Both the position numbers and the translations under genes were made by a program. Below, piece by piece: positions 25,897 through 38,009 of a stretch of DNA of 64,000 bases. The notes beneath the pieces were generated by a model. It made no database searches and was not told the origin of the DNA. It saw nothing but the letters and a program-made list of their open reading frames with translations. Each line of letters starts with the position of its first letter. Positions within the stretch are counted from its first letter, which is position 1. Source of the stretch: Strigamia acuminata (taxonomy: Eukaryota); the NCBI GenBank assembly GCA_949358305.1, contig OX442314.1, forward strand, positions 11,222,001-11,286,000. The letters run 5' to 3'.

Positions 25897-28519
25897 TTAA
25901 ATCGCCCAATTTTGTCTGTTGGCACGTCCAGTGATTCTCACGGGAGCAACATTCGGATTTGGAGATGCGTGTTGACCCATCGGGGGCCCCCCTCTCGGTG
26001 GATACGGGCCCGAAACCGGATAATTATGGTTCGGAGGTGGCGGATACCCCGGTGCTTGAGGTGGATATGCTGCATTCGGTGGCGGTGCGCCCCCGCTCGG
26101 TGGATAATCGTTCGCGTAGGGTTCCTGGTACCCCTGACCGGGGTACGGAGCTGGCGGCGGCACATTGTAATAACCTTGTCCAGAATTTTGCTGATAATTC
26201 TGATACCCCGCATTGTCGTAACCGCCCTGGTAGTGACCTTGGTTGTACCGCGGGTCGCCTTCGAAGGACTGCTGCATGGGCTCTGCTGGTGGGTACCCCT
26301 GGTACGCCGGGGGCCCCTGGAAACCGGGAACTGGCGGAGGTGTTGCGTACTGCGAGTAGTTGTCCGCGGTCGGCGTGAAGGTGTAAGGCGGCGGTTGTGG
26401 TTGTGGCGGGAGTACGGATGTTGCTGGTAGTGGGGGTTGTGGTAAGATGGTTTCGATGGGGGTTACGACTGTTTGGGGGTTTAGACGGATTTTTTTATTT
26501 GTCTGTGGCGCTGCTTGCTTGATTTCCAACTTTAGGTGGTCTAGGGGCTCCGGTTTTATTTTACCGACCTGAACTGGAATTGCTAGAATGAACAAATGAA
26601 AAAATAATTAAATTTTGTTCGTTGTGAAGAAATGTCGTATTTCCCGATTCACAAGCTTTCCCGAATTTTAAAATGCTATTTCTGTGTAATTACGTGAAAA
26701 AAACGTTAAAATTGTCGATAAAAACATGAAAAAACGTTAAAATTGTCGATAAAAACATGAAAAAACGTTAAAATTGTCGATAAAAACATGAAAAAACGTT
26801 AAAATTGTCGATAAAAACATGAAAAAACGTTAAAATTGTCGATAAAAACATGAAAAAACGCTGAAAATGTCGATAAAACATGTAAAAACGTTAAAATTGT
26901 CGATAAAACATGAAAAAACGTTAAAATTGTCGATAAAAACATGAAAAAACGTTACAATTGTCGATAAAAACTTGAAAAAACGTTATAGTTGTGGTTAAAA
27001 AAGTGAAAAAACGTTATAGTTGTGGTTGAAAACATGAAAATCACGTTAAAAAGCGGGAATGCATTGTAATTCGAGAAATTCGGTGTACGAATACCAAAAA
27101 TACCTGCAAGTACTTGTGCAGGTGGCGTCTAAAACGTAAAATAAAAATTAATAAATTTCCTGATTTTCTTTCTCTTTTAATTACTTTAGTTACATTAATT
27201 GATTTCACTTGTTGCGTCGGTGTAGTGGCGGCAGATCTGGCAATGGTTACTTGCAAAGGAGGTGTTGTTGGTGGAGATTCTGGTTTCGTAGTTCCACTTG
27301 TGGTACCAGTAGGCGTATTAGAATACAAATCAAGAACTTGATGACAAATGTCTGCAATATTGGGAAAAAAATGTCAAATATATTCAACAAAAATTGAAAT
27401 CTTCAAATACCCTCGAGTAAATCCATGGAAATGTCTTCAACAAACATGTCCCACCATCTCGCGTGTTTCGGCAGTCGCCCGTGCCAATCAACTACTTCGA
27501 ATTTCGATAATTTCCCAGCTAAATACATGAGGGCGATGGCGATGATTTCAGATTCCCATTGCAGCGATAAAGTCGTACACAAGCTGTCGTTCACGAACGT
27601 CCACGCCATTTGCACCATTTTGTGCAGTTTTTGTTTGTCACCTTTTAATCGTTTTGCGTACTTCAATAGAAAGTTATACGGATGTTCCACTTGCAGGTCG
27701 AATTTTATAGTTTGCAGCAAAATCTTCTCCAATGTCATAACCTCTTCCTAATTAAAAATAAATAAATATTACAATTTTTATTATTTATAAACTAAAATTT
27801 CAACTTTTTCGCTAAAATTTTCGTTTTTTTCGCTAAAGTTTTCATTTTTTCCTTAAAATTTTCATTTTTTCTTTAAATTTTTTATTTTTTCCTTAAAATT
27901 TTCATCTTTTTCATTAAAATTTTAATTGTTTTCATGAAAATTTTCATTTTTTCCATTGAAATTTTCATTTTTTCACTAAAATTTTCATTTTTTTATTAAA
28001 ATTTTCATATTTTCACTAAAATTTTCGTTGTTTACTCTGGGATCTTCTCCGAATTGAAGATACTGATGGTCAGTAAGAAGCGATCGAGCAGTTTTAATGA
28101 TGTCCTTGCACTTCTTAGGCGTTTCTTCGACTTTTCCAGCCAGAAATAAACAACAACACGCAGTTACCTTTAATAAATTGAACAAAAATGAGCTTTTTTC
28201 ACTTAGATTGTACTCAATTACGCACATAACGTGGGAAATCCTTGAAAGAATGGAACATATAAAATCTGTGAAAGTAAACAACTCCAGTTGCCATCGTGTC
28301 GTAACGTCTGCACACAAAAAATATGAAAATAAAGTAAAAATTGTATTTTTAAATAAAAAAAACTCGCGCTTACAATCCCATTTTTGTGCCGGTGCTGATG
28401 ATGAAACGAGCCCCCTCGCGACGATATCTCGCCTCCGTTTCGGGCTCGATGCCATTTTGAAATGATGGAGTGTTTTTTAAGTCTTTTTTGTCGTAATACC
28501 AACAAGGTAATTCCGGCAT
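25897..28519 (-). CDS. CCNK: Cyclin K paralogue C (most canonical copy)
   Basis: [19 protein letters not shown]...[49 protein letters not shown]...[39 protein letters not shown]; long Pro/Tyr/Gly tail. Confidence 0.93.
26697..27045. repeat. 31-bp intronic minisatellite (AAAAAACGTTAAAATTGTCGATAAAAACATG)n
   Basis: Tandem copies visible directly, about 11 including degenerate ones. Confidence 0.92.
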
Positions 28520-28689
28520 TTCTATTTGTATTTCACCAATTTACATCCCAATTTTGATGGTGCTCCGTATCCAATGTCGCCATCTTACATGACGCTAGTT
28601 TGGATAGCCACAGACCGATACCCGTAATACAAATATTAAAAAACTTATATTTTATTTTTAAAAATTATTACACCTTATTAAAATTTGAA

Positions 28690-29659
28690 TTAAGTGGTTA
28701 CGTGTTCTAATATTCCTTGACAGATTAGATGTTCACATTCTGATCGCGGGAGAAAATGCTAGAAATAAATCAAATATTTTATTTCTGAGAAAAATAACTC
28801 GCATAAGGTAATTTAGTACCTGAGAATTCTTAATTAACATGACAACGGTTCCGTCCTCCGTCTCAAATTCACCAAAATCAGTCAGGCACCTCACCTGAAG
28901 AATTTATTATAATTTAAAACCAAAATTGATAAGTTTTCTGGAGAAAAATCTCAATTACTTCAATATAAAACGTCTTGGGCGGCTTTAATCCTTGCGTTAA
29001 GTCGAGAAAGGTTGTGTCTTCCGACGCTTCTCTCATGTAAGTTGCTAGATTTTTGCTGTAACGTTCAAACCAGTTCTTCTGAACACAAAAAAGCAACAAA
29101 AAATTTAAATAACCAAAAAATATGAGTGAATTTAAACGTTTTCCATACTTCAGATGGACTCAAATTGGTCACAACTTCGGCCGGTAAGGCAATACCGAAT
29201 TCCCAACGAAGTTCTCGAATTTTTTCCAGCCGATTGTGTCTAGAAAAGAAAAATTGTTCCAAAATGTTTCAAAGTTTCATTTTTAGATTGGATTTTACTC
29301 ACACGTAAGTAAGCAAACATCTTTTGTTACGTTCGAGAACAGTGTGCCGTAATTGCACGCTGCGTAGTAAATTTAATTCACCAGATGTCGACGATGCTCT
29401 AAAATAATGTTAAATTATGTTTTTCTTTCGTTTTTCTGCCATTTTGTGTAGGAAACTTACACGTCTCTCTGGTTTTGCTCGAACAGATTTTGCATTTCTT
29501 CAATGACACGTCGGATTCCATCCTCCTGAAACATAGAACATTATTTCTTGGTAATATTTTGTAGTTTTAATTTTTTTAAATATTTACATTAAAGGGGGGT
29601 ATTACGTCCGTAGACCTCTTCAACTCTAACAACAATTCCAATGCTTTTTCGCCAATCAT
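28690..29659 (-). CDS. GINS1: DNA replication complex GINS subunit Psf1
   Basis: Spliced: MIGEKALELLLELKR..IPPFN / EDGIRRVIEEM / LRHTVLERNKRCLLTY / RLEKIRELRWEFG / WFERYSKNLATYM..DLTQGLKPPKTFYIE / VRCLTDFGEFE..NSQ / HFLPRSECEHLICQGILEHV. Confidence 0.95.
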
Positions 29660-30235
29660 TTGTAACAGCCGCCATTAACGTATTGCGCTCCAGCGCCGTG
29701 GTTTCGGCGGTTTCGGCTGCTGGTTGGATTGGGAAAAAAATTTTATTTTCTCCGTTTACAAAATTTACAGTTTCCCGTAGAAAAGAAAATTCAAAATAAA
29801 AAAATCGTAATATAAAAGAGCAAGTTGCGAGACATCGTTATATAGTTTACGGTTATTGCCGCTAGGTGCTTGCAGTATTGCAAATTGGCGCTAACTCGAC
29901 AAATTGGAGGAAAATTGGAGAATTGATACTAATGTTGACAATAATGATAAATTAATATCGATTCGTACAGGTTTTTTTGTTTTTAAACTCCTCGTTTAGG
30001 TAAGTTATTGAAATATAAGTATCTTCAATGAGACAATGAAGTATCGCTTTTTCCTTAGGCAAATACCACTCTACACGACGAGGAAAAGTGTCTTCACCTT
30101 TCCAGTTTTTCGTGTAAGTTATGTAGTTTTTTATTTTGAAATAGTGTATTTGCATGATAGGAACGTTTCACTTCCATTGTTAGGGACAGATCCAGAAAAC
30201 GCACTTTAGGGGGCGGTTCAATTTTTCACACACAA

Positions 30236-30375
30236 AAATGAATTTTTTGCCCCAAAAATTGAATTTTTGCTCCAAAAATTGAATTTTTGCTCCAAAAATC
30301 GAATTTTTGCTCCAAAAATTGAATTTTTGCTCCAAAAATTGAATTTTTGCTCCAAAAATTGAATTTTTGCTTCAA
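30236..30375. repeat. 20-bp minisatellite (AATTGAATTTTTGCTCCAAA)n
   Basis: About 6-7 tandem copies. Confidence 0.9.
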
Positions 30376-30912
30376 AAATGAAAAGAAATGAAAAGAAAAG
30401 AAAGAGAAGAGTTGCGTCATTCTTAAAGCGCCATTATTGGCATTTGGCAACTGCGATTAAAAATAAAGGCTCATAAAAAAATCTCAAACCCAGCTTTACT
30501 TGAGGACAGCAACCTGATGTGCCGAGTCAAGGCCAAATACACCTTCACACGACGTCATTTCCGCCATTCATTAACAGACACAAGGAAAAAAATATAAAAT
30601 AAACAAAAAAAATCACCACACAAAAACAAATAAAATACATAAAACCAGACGCAAAAATAATAATAAATAATAACTTCTGCAACATATTTATCGAAACTTT
30701 AAACAATCCAATCAACAGTTGCGATCAAACCAAACCAAACCATCCCATTCACACTCCCAAGTCCCAACCCAGATTCACTTGTCAGTTGGCTCCAACCCAC
30801 GCACCACTTCCATCCATTCATCCAATCCACATCACTTTAATCAACCTCAAATTAACCATTTTAGAACAAGCCCGAGCGAGCCAAAGTGGGAACAACTCAG
30901 CCCCGAGGCAAA

Positions 30913-32082
30913 ATGGAACGAACCCCACCCAACATGGTGTCCACGACCATTCTCTGCCTCCTCGCCATCGCAAACTTTGACCATCTGACCCGACCCGGAG
31001 TCGCCGCCGCCGCCAAACCGAAATCGCTGTGCCCGGCCGAGTTCAAGCATCACTGCACATGCGGCAGCGCTTGGTATAACGAACGTCCCGACGTCTACAT
31101 AACGAACTGCTCCAATTCGAACCTCGCCAGTGTCCAGGTGTTGGAAGAACTCCCCCCGGACACCGAAATACTCGTGCTGACCGGCAACGACTTCGCGCAT
31201 CTGCCCAAAAACGTGTTCGGACAAGTCACCGACTACGAGAAACTACACGAAATCGATTTGTCGCGCAACAAAATACGAACAATCGATCGCGGAAGTTTCA
31301 GCAGAAATGAGCGGCGAATTCAAAAACTGACTCTCAACGGGAACCAATGGACGCCCATAGATGGCGTGGATATTTTCAGCAATTTCGATAATCTTCGCGA
31401 ATTGCATCTGTCGGATGCGTTTTCGGGCCATAATCGGCTAGATTTAATCACGACGATGATCTCCGCATCGGAGCAGTCGCTCATATCGATTCAAGTACTC
31501 GATTTGAGCGATAATTCGATAGTCGATTTCGATAATGACGATTTTCTTTGTTATTTGCAAAGTTTGCGGATTTTGAATTTATCTAAGAACAAATTGACTC
31601 GAGTTTCGCTCAGTTCTCGGTGTATACCGAACGTTGTGTCGTTAGATTTGAGTCGGAATCAAATCGTGACTTTGGATCAGAAGTCGATGTCGCTTATCGA
31701 TACGTTGATCGATACGCGATTCGATTTAGCCGATAATCCGTTTCGATGCGATTGTGAGGCGATTGGGATGATTACCTGGTGGCAAAATTCGACGGCAGAA
31801 TTGTTGGCGCCGGTTAAGTGTTCGGGACCGAAGCCGTGGACCGAGCGATATATAGATACGATCGATGCGGCGCAAATCGAATGCGAGGGAACCGGGCCGA
31901 GTGTGGGGACTGTTGTGCTCATCGTTGTGTTGCTCGTGTTGCTCGCGCTAATTATCGGGTTGGCGATCGTGAATCGCACGACCGTTAGAAAATATTTTGT
32001 CACCACTACGAAGCCGATCAGAGGGAAATTCGAATATTCCGCTATTAGTGGAAGACAGGAAAACCCGGAAGTGGATGTCTAA
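30913..32082 (+). CDS. Intronless type I membrane leucine-rich-repeat protein (trophoblast glycoprotein/5T4-like)
   Basis: Signal-peptide-like MVSTTILCLLAIA, LRRNT (CP...CTC...C), several LxxLxLxxN repeats, LRRCT (NPFRCDC...KC...C), TM helix VVLIVVLLVLLALIIGLAIV, short tail ending EVDV. Confidence 0.85.
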   Translation: MERTPPNMVSTTILCLLAIANFDHLTRPGVAAAAKPKSLCPAEFKHHCTCGSAWYNERPDVYITNCSNSNLASVQVLEELPPDTEILVLTGNDFAHLPKNVFGQVTDYEKLHEIDLSRNKIRTIDRGSFSRNERRIQKLTLNGNQWTPIDGVDIFSNFDNLRELHLSDAFSGHNRLDLITTMISASEQSLISIQVLDLSDNSIVDFDNDDFLCYLQSLRILNLSKNKLTRVSLSSRCIPNVVSLDLSRNQIVTLDQKSMSLIDTLIDTRFDLADNPFRCDCEAIGMITWWQNSTAELLAPVKCSGPKPWTERYIDTIDAAQIECEGTGPSVGTVVLIVVLLVLLALIIGLAIVNRTTVRKYFVTTTKPIRGKFEYSAISGRQENPEVDV

Positions 32083-33112
32083 AACTCGAAAAAAGTTTAT
32101 TTTGAAAATTTCTGCCATATTAAATGTGATGTATAATGATAATTGATAACGATGATAATTAAAGACAATTTTGTTGTAATACGAGTTTTGTAAGCAGTTT
32201 ATTTAATAAAAATTTGTAAGCTTTTATTTAAATAGAAGTAAATCTAAATTTTAATGCGTGTACATGACTATAAATAAACCGCAAGAAAAAATTTAATAAT
32301 CTGACATTTCCTGTTTTGATAATTGCCAGCTGTTTGCTAAATTTATTTTATTGTTAATTATTTTTTAATAGTTTCAAAAGTCAAACGTTCCGCCATTTAT
32401 CGTCTGCCAAAACACCACTCACTTGTCAGCGCCATCTGTGGAAGAAACATAACTTCATTTTTCTTTCGTTGTTTTCATTAAATTTTTGTCACAGAACTGT
32501 CGAAACACGCCAGTTAATTTATATTACTAAATTATTGATTTTTGTAGTTCGTTACACACTAAACAAAATTAATCTCGGTGGATAGATTATTGTTGTAAAT
32601 GAAGCATATTTATTTTTACATTTGTTTTAGAACATTTTATTTTTTTCTGCGATAAAATGTAGATACATTGATTAAAGATCGCTCGTGTTAGATGATGTAG
32701 CGATTCAGACGGTGTTCAATATGGTATTATTTCATTTGCTTGTCTCTAGATGACGGAAGCGATAAAGACAGTTTGTGATTGTGATGGAAAAACAGTGGCG
32801 CCATCTATGTTTCCAAGTTGCTATTAATTTGGGCGTGGTGAAGACGCAGAGTTTAAAATTGACGTCATGATGACGTCACACCCGTTCGAAAACGAGGCTA
32901 AGGGGTATAAACAAACCCAAATAGCATAGAATTCTCAATACAATGTACGTAAAACCTTATTATTTCTTTGGCAAACTTTATTTTAAAGATGAATTACACA
33001 TTTTCAAACATTTTGTGTGATTATTCACATGTTTTTACTTGTTTTAAATCATTTTCTACATTTTTTCACTGGTTTAAAATGTTTTTTAGTTTGGCCATTT
33101 TTGTCTTTAGAT

Positions 33113-33694
33113 CAGGGGATGGACTAATTGTCAGCTGTAGATTGTCGCGGCCTTCGCCCAACGATTTGTTGGCTATCGCCGTCGACTGTCGCGGCCATCA
33201 GCTGTTGCGTTCGACCATCAGCTGGCGATTGTTGGCCGAGAATCTGACAATTTTTGGCCGTCGCTGTCGACTGTCGCGGCTGTCAGCTGACGATTTTTGG
33301 CCGTCGCTGTCGACTGTCGCGGCCATCAGCTGTTGCGTTCGACCATCAGCTGACGATTTTTGGCCGTCGCTGTCGACTGTCGCGGCCGTCAGCTGACGAT
33401 TTTTGGCCATCGCCATCGACTGTCGCGGCCATCAGCTGTTGCGTTCGACCGTCAGCTGACGATTTTTGGCCGACAGCTGACAATTTTTGGCCGACAGCTG
33501 ACAATTTTTGGCCGTCACTGTCGACTGTCGCGGCCGTCACTGTCGACTGTCGCGGCCGTCAGCTGACGACTGTCGACCGTCAACAATCGCCAGCAGCTGA
33601 CGGCCGCGTCAATCTACAGCTGACGGCCGCGACAGTCGACAGCGACGGCCAAATATTGTCAGCTGTCGGCCAACAATCGCCAGCTGACGGCCAC
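33113..33694. repeat. GC-rich element of tandem and inverted GTCGAC/CAGCTG-containing subrepeats; probable truncated non-autonomous DNA transposon
   Basis: Starts CAGGGGATGG. Repeated TTTTTGGCCGTCGCTGTCGACTGTCGCGGCC units; orientation flips near 33580 (33129-33150 mirrored at 33601-33623). Right end abuts the duplicated array unit. Confidence 0.6.
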
Positions 33695-34287
33695 AAACGA
33701 TTCTTCGGATCGCGCTCATTAGAATAAATCACATGTTGGGAAAAAAACATGATGACAACTTTACGGCGGTGGGCAGTGTTCGAAATAAATAAATAAATTT
33801 TTTTACCGGTAGATGGTAATGAGTTCAACAACCTAAAGTAAAATTATTTTAAGCTTCTGCTTTCTTCGAGGCCCTGTTTTTTTCTTTTCGTTTTTTTAAG
33901 TATATATTTTCTGGTTTTTGCTATTGAGGTTTTTTCAGTGGATTTATTTACAGTTCTTAAGATTCCAGTTCTGTCCAACGTCCAACCCATTCCATCACTG
34001 TTATGAATTCGCAACTGTGCTAGAATTGGCACGATCTGCAGACCAACAATAACTTTTATTATTCTCGCATTAAAATACAAAACGCTTCAAGATATAACAA
34101 ATTTAATTTCTAAAAACGCAAGCCCAATACATCATAATTCCCAAAAAAAATATATATAAATAATATCTTTTTAACTTAATTTCGAAACCAAAAGTGAATT
34201 ATGAACAGTCGGTGGCGTAGGCGCATTCGGAACAGGCATGAGCGTAGCATGATCCACCGGCGAATGCAACATCTAGCCCAAAACCTC

Positions 34288-34572
34288 AGAAGCGGATGGC
34301 GACAGAAAGGCTCCTCAGCCAGGAGCCCAATGAAATTAAAGACACAAACCAGGAATGACTAACGCGTAATACCATATCCCCACTGAATAAGTGCCCATTT
34401 CTCCACCACATCAGAAAAACTAGTTAAGGTGAGGTTCGCGGGGGGGGGTCAAGGTGGGGCGCTAGCCCCCCCTTTTTAGGAAAAAAAAGAAAAAACCCTA
34501 GCACACGCGAAAAACCAAGAAACAGCATTAGTCACTCCTGGATGAGGAGCCTTTCTGTCGCCAGGCGCTACT
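34288..34572. mobile_element. Mutator-like MITE
   Basis: ~35-bp TIRs (AGAAGCGGATGGCGACAGAAAGGCTCCTCA / TGAGGAGCCTTTCTGTCGCCAGGCGCTACT), 9-bp TSD CAAAACCTC, and an empty site in the paralogous segment at ~37927. Confidence 0.8.
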
Positions 34573-35676
34573 CAAAACCTCCGCACGATTCAACATCGTC
34601 GTCCGAATATTCCTCTCCAGTTCAAACAAAACGTCCTTGTGATATCACTATATTTGACCTACCATAGAATTGCATTTTATCACTTCATTGACTACGATAA
34701 TGACAATGTGACATTGTTGCACCATGCGTCATCATGACAGCGAAGTTTTAGCTAGTTTTTCTCGTGTACAGTACATTCGGATTCATTTTGTGGATTTGCA
34801 GTGAAGTTTCAGCAAGTTTTGCACTCGGGCGATAAATTCGGATTTTGGATTTGCAGTAGTTGAGTTTCAACAAGTTTTTTGCAGATAAATCAAACACGTT
34901 TTTTTGGACTCACAGTTCAGTTTCAAACATACCGTATGTTTTGTGCGTAAGAAATAAATTCTTATACGTTTTTCGGATCTCTATTTCAGATTACGGTAAA
35001 TAGGTTTTGCACGTGGGCAATAAATTTCGATATTCGTGCTTTGGAAGTGACTCGGTTAATCGCCTATGAACACGGGACCACAATAAGATGGGGGCGGAGG
35101 GGCGACGGCCCCGGGTGCACCAAGCAATGGGCGTGGTGAAGGCGCCGGTAGTTCTAAAATATCTGTGATTCTTTCTTGCTCCCAACGATTCTTCGGATCG
35201 CGCTCATTAGAATAAATCACATATTAGGAAAAAAACATGATGACAACTTTACTGCAACATTAATACCGGCAGAATAAGTACAACAATGCGATTTTTATTC
35301 TTACGCATCCGTGCTCGTTTAAGAACAAACGTAGCAAATGAATTAAAGGTCCAAAACAACTCACATTTTTGTTCTGGAATTATCAACAAATTGCGAAATA
35401 TCATTAAATGAAAAATGAAAAATCGTGAAATTGGCTACCCCCTCATACAACCATTTTGCCCTTTTCGGATGGAATTTACTGTTTATTTAAATGCCACTGT
35501 TCATGATGAACGTTAATTTTCTGCAACAATACAAGTATAATGGTCAAATCAATTTTTTTTTAAATTGATATCATCAATAACTTCTACAAAATTACAATAT
35601 TAATTATTATTGCAATTTGCAAACAAACAATAGTGTGTATTCGACGTCGACATATTCAATAATTATATTTTGCTAG

Positions 35677-37137
35677 TTAATGATTGGCAAAGGCAAAAAG
35701 TTTAGATTTCAGCGCTTCCAAACATGATAAATCAGTTTGAAAAAGGCACTCTTCAGTCGGTTGCATGCCGCCTTCCGAATCATCATCGTAATCATCATCA
35801 GTTAATCTTCTGATATAATCAATCCCAAAATCACAAATATGTCGTTTAAAACGTCGCAAGGTGCCATCTGTTTGGAAAATTTCACGCAGAAACTGATCCA
35901 ACACGGCTCCTCCGTCATTGACAACCATTAACACGCACGTGCGTATTTTCGATAACATTAAATTGTACTTCTTCTTTTCACCCGCACTATTCATCAGCAT
36001 CTTAAGAAGATCAAAATCGTCATAGTTTAACAAATTCATCACACGAGAAGTTTGATCCAAAATGAACCATTTTAGTTCGCTTGAAAAACGGGTCCACAAT
36101 CTTCGGAAAAGTCTTTTTTTCAGAAAACCAGCAAAACCACTCTGGCAAATATTATCTAATTGCATAAAATAATGCATTGAGTAGTTTTCAACAAAATTAT
36201 CAATCATATAGAACAAAGTGGAATGCAAAAAGTCATGCCAATATCTGTTTGACTTCAGTAGACTGTCTAGCAGAACGGTAAAATTAGTGTTCATCCATTC
36301 GCAATTGCTGAATGTCGATTTTAGTTGCTTTTTCGTAAAATGATTTAATAGAAAGAACATGGTATCCGATGGGCCGTGCTGCAGACATTTCCAACAAAGA
36401 TCTATGAATCGATTCCTCTCTTTCTCATCATCGTTAGTATCCCATATGTACTGTAAAACTAAATCAAATTCACACTGAGCCGCCAGGCTGACAATACCGT
36501 TTATATTGCAGTCTTGGCCGTTGAATAATTTTCGAATTTTTGTTGCAAATTCAAACTTTTTCCTGGTTTCAGCATCCAAATTGAATTCGTCGTCGTAGTT
36601 GGTTCCTTTTAAAGCCAGTGGTAACTTTTCCCACAAAATTTTCACATAATTTACTAAACAAAAATGACTAGCCAGATTGTAAAGAGTCCCATTGGTCCTC
36701 AAGGCTTCGCTGCTTTCGTCGTTGTAGAGTAAAACGAACGTTTCTTTTTTGTCAATTGCTCCATGAACCGTCCAAGCAATGTCATTAACAAAAGCGTACG
36801 AAGTGACGTTCTCAGTAAAAGTGAATCTTTCGAGATATTGTATCCATTCGTGTATCTGAACACCAACTAGTGCAACGGCATTTTTTAATTCTTCCTTCAG
36901 AGTTGGAGGTAGATCCAGATTTGCTCCTTTCATTACTTCATCTTCAATTCGATGCCATTCCCTGGACTGCATAGTTTTCTTTTTTCCAAAAAAATTAGCT
37001 ATTTTCAATTTAACCGCATCTTTTCGCCAAAACGAAATTGCGACAGCTAATAATGAGATTTTCTCCAAGCTGGGGCACGATTTTGCTTCCTTCAGATTTC
37101 TTTGAACGAGAGCGTTTATTGTTTGGATTTTACCCAT
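35677..37137 (-). CDS. Uncharacterised 486-aa intronless protein, family copy 1 (N-terminal BC-box/SOCS-box-like motif)
   Basis: Intact ORF, clearly homologous to 52239-53702, 54268-55725 and 39173-39496; motifs PSLEKISLLAV and LDLPPTLKEEL. Confidence 0.8.
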   Translation of the reverse strand: MGKIQTINALVQRNLKEAKSCPSLEKISLLAVAISFWRKDAVKLKIANFFGKKKTMQSREWHRIEDEVMKGANLDLPPTLKEELKNAVALVGVQIHEWIQYLERFTFTENVTSYAFVNDIAWTVHGAIDKKETFVLLYNDESSEALRTNGTLYNLASHFCLVNYVKILWEKLPLALKGTNYDDEFNLDAETRKKFEFATKIRKLFNGQDCNINGIVSLAAQCEFDLVLQYIWDTNDDEKERNRFIDLCWKCLQHGPSDTMFFLLNHFTKKQLKSTFSNCEWMNTNFTVLLDSLLKSNRYWHDFLHSTLFYMIDNFVENYSMHYFMQLDNICQSGFAGFLKKRLFRRLWTRFSSELKWFILDQTSRVMNLLNYDDFDLLKMLMNSAGEKKKYNLMLSKIRTCVLMVVNDGGAVLDQFLREIFQTDGTLRRFKRHICDFGIDYIRRLTDDDYDDDSEGGMQPTEECLFQTDLSCLEALKSKLFAFANH

Positions 37138-38009
37138 TTCTATGTGAAGAATTCAAATAGATAATTAAATGTAGTTGAAAAAAGAACTGTATGAATATCG
37201 AAACTCACTGAATTAAATATAGACTACGTACCAACTCAAACCCGAAGGTTATTGCAACGAAGAAATTTCGTAGTGTTGAAAAGAATTCTGTCACAAGGTA
37301 CAACTATTCTGTGAAAGAAAGAACTATAGGCATATTGTAATTTACAAATTCGAAGAACGTACGACGTACCACTTGTTCGCTTGGATCTCACTTGTCAGTA
37401 GATTTGCCGCCACCCCTCTGGTGGGCTGTGTTCGAAAGAAATTAAAAAAATGTTTTACCGGTAGATGGTAATGAGTTCACCAACCTAAAGTAAAATTATT
37501 TTAAGCTTCTGCTTTCTTCGCGGCACTGTTTTTTTTTTCTTTTCGTTTTTTTAAGTATATATTTTCTGGTTTTTGCTATTGAGGTTTTTTCAGTGGATTT
37601 ATTTACAGTCCTTAAGATTCCAGTTCTGTCCAACCCATCCCAGCACTGTTATGAATTCGCAACTGTGCTAGAATTGGCACGATCTGCAGACCTATAATAA
37701 CTTTTATTATTCTCGCATCAAAACACAAAACGCTTCAAGATATAATAAATTTGATTTCTAAAAACGCAAGCCCAATACATCATAATTCCCAAAAAATGTA
37801 TATATAAATAATATCTTTTTAACTTAATTTCGAAACCAAAAGTGAATTATGAACAGTCGGTGGCGCAGGCGCATTCGGAACCGGCATGGGCGTAGCATGA
37901 TCCACCGGCGAATGCAATATCAAGCCCAAAACCTCCGCACGATTCGACATCGTCGTCCGAATATTCCTCTCCAGTTCAAACAAAACGTCCTTGTGATATC
38001 ACTATATTT

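Noticed and set aside
19757..26430. Several plus-strand ORFs over the cyclin K last exons (19757-20199, 21639-22440, 25912-26430)
   Set aside because: Antisense shadows of GC-rich Pro/Tyr-coding exons
32968..33831. Repetitive ORFs, or a CRISPR-like array, in the GTCGAC/CAGCTG repeat
   Set aside because: Units are contiguous and partly inverted with no unique spacers, there are no cas genes, and the context is eukaryotic
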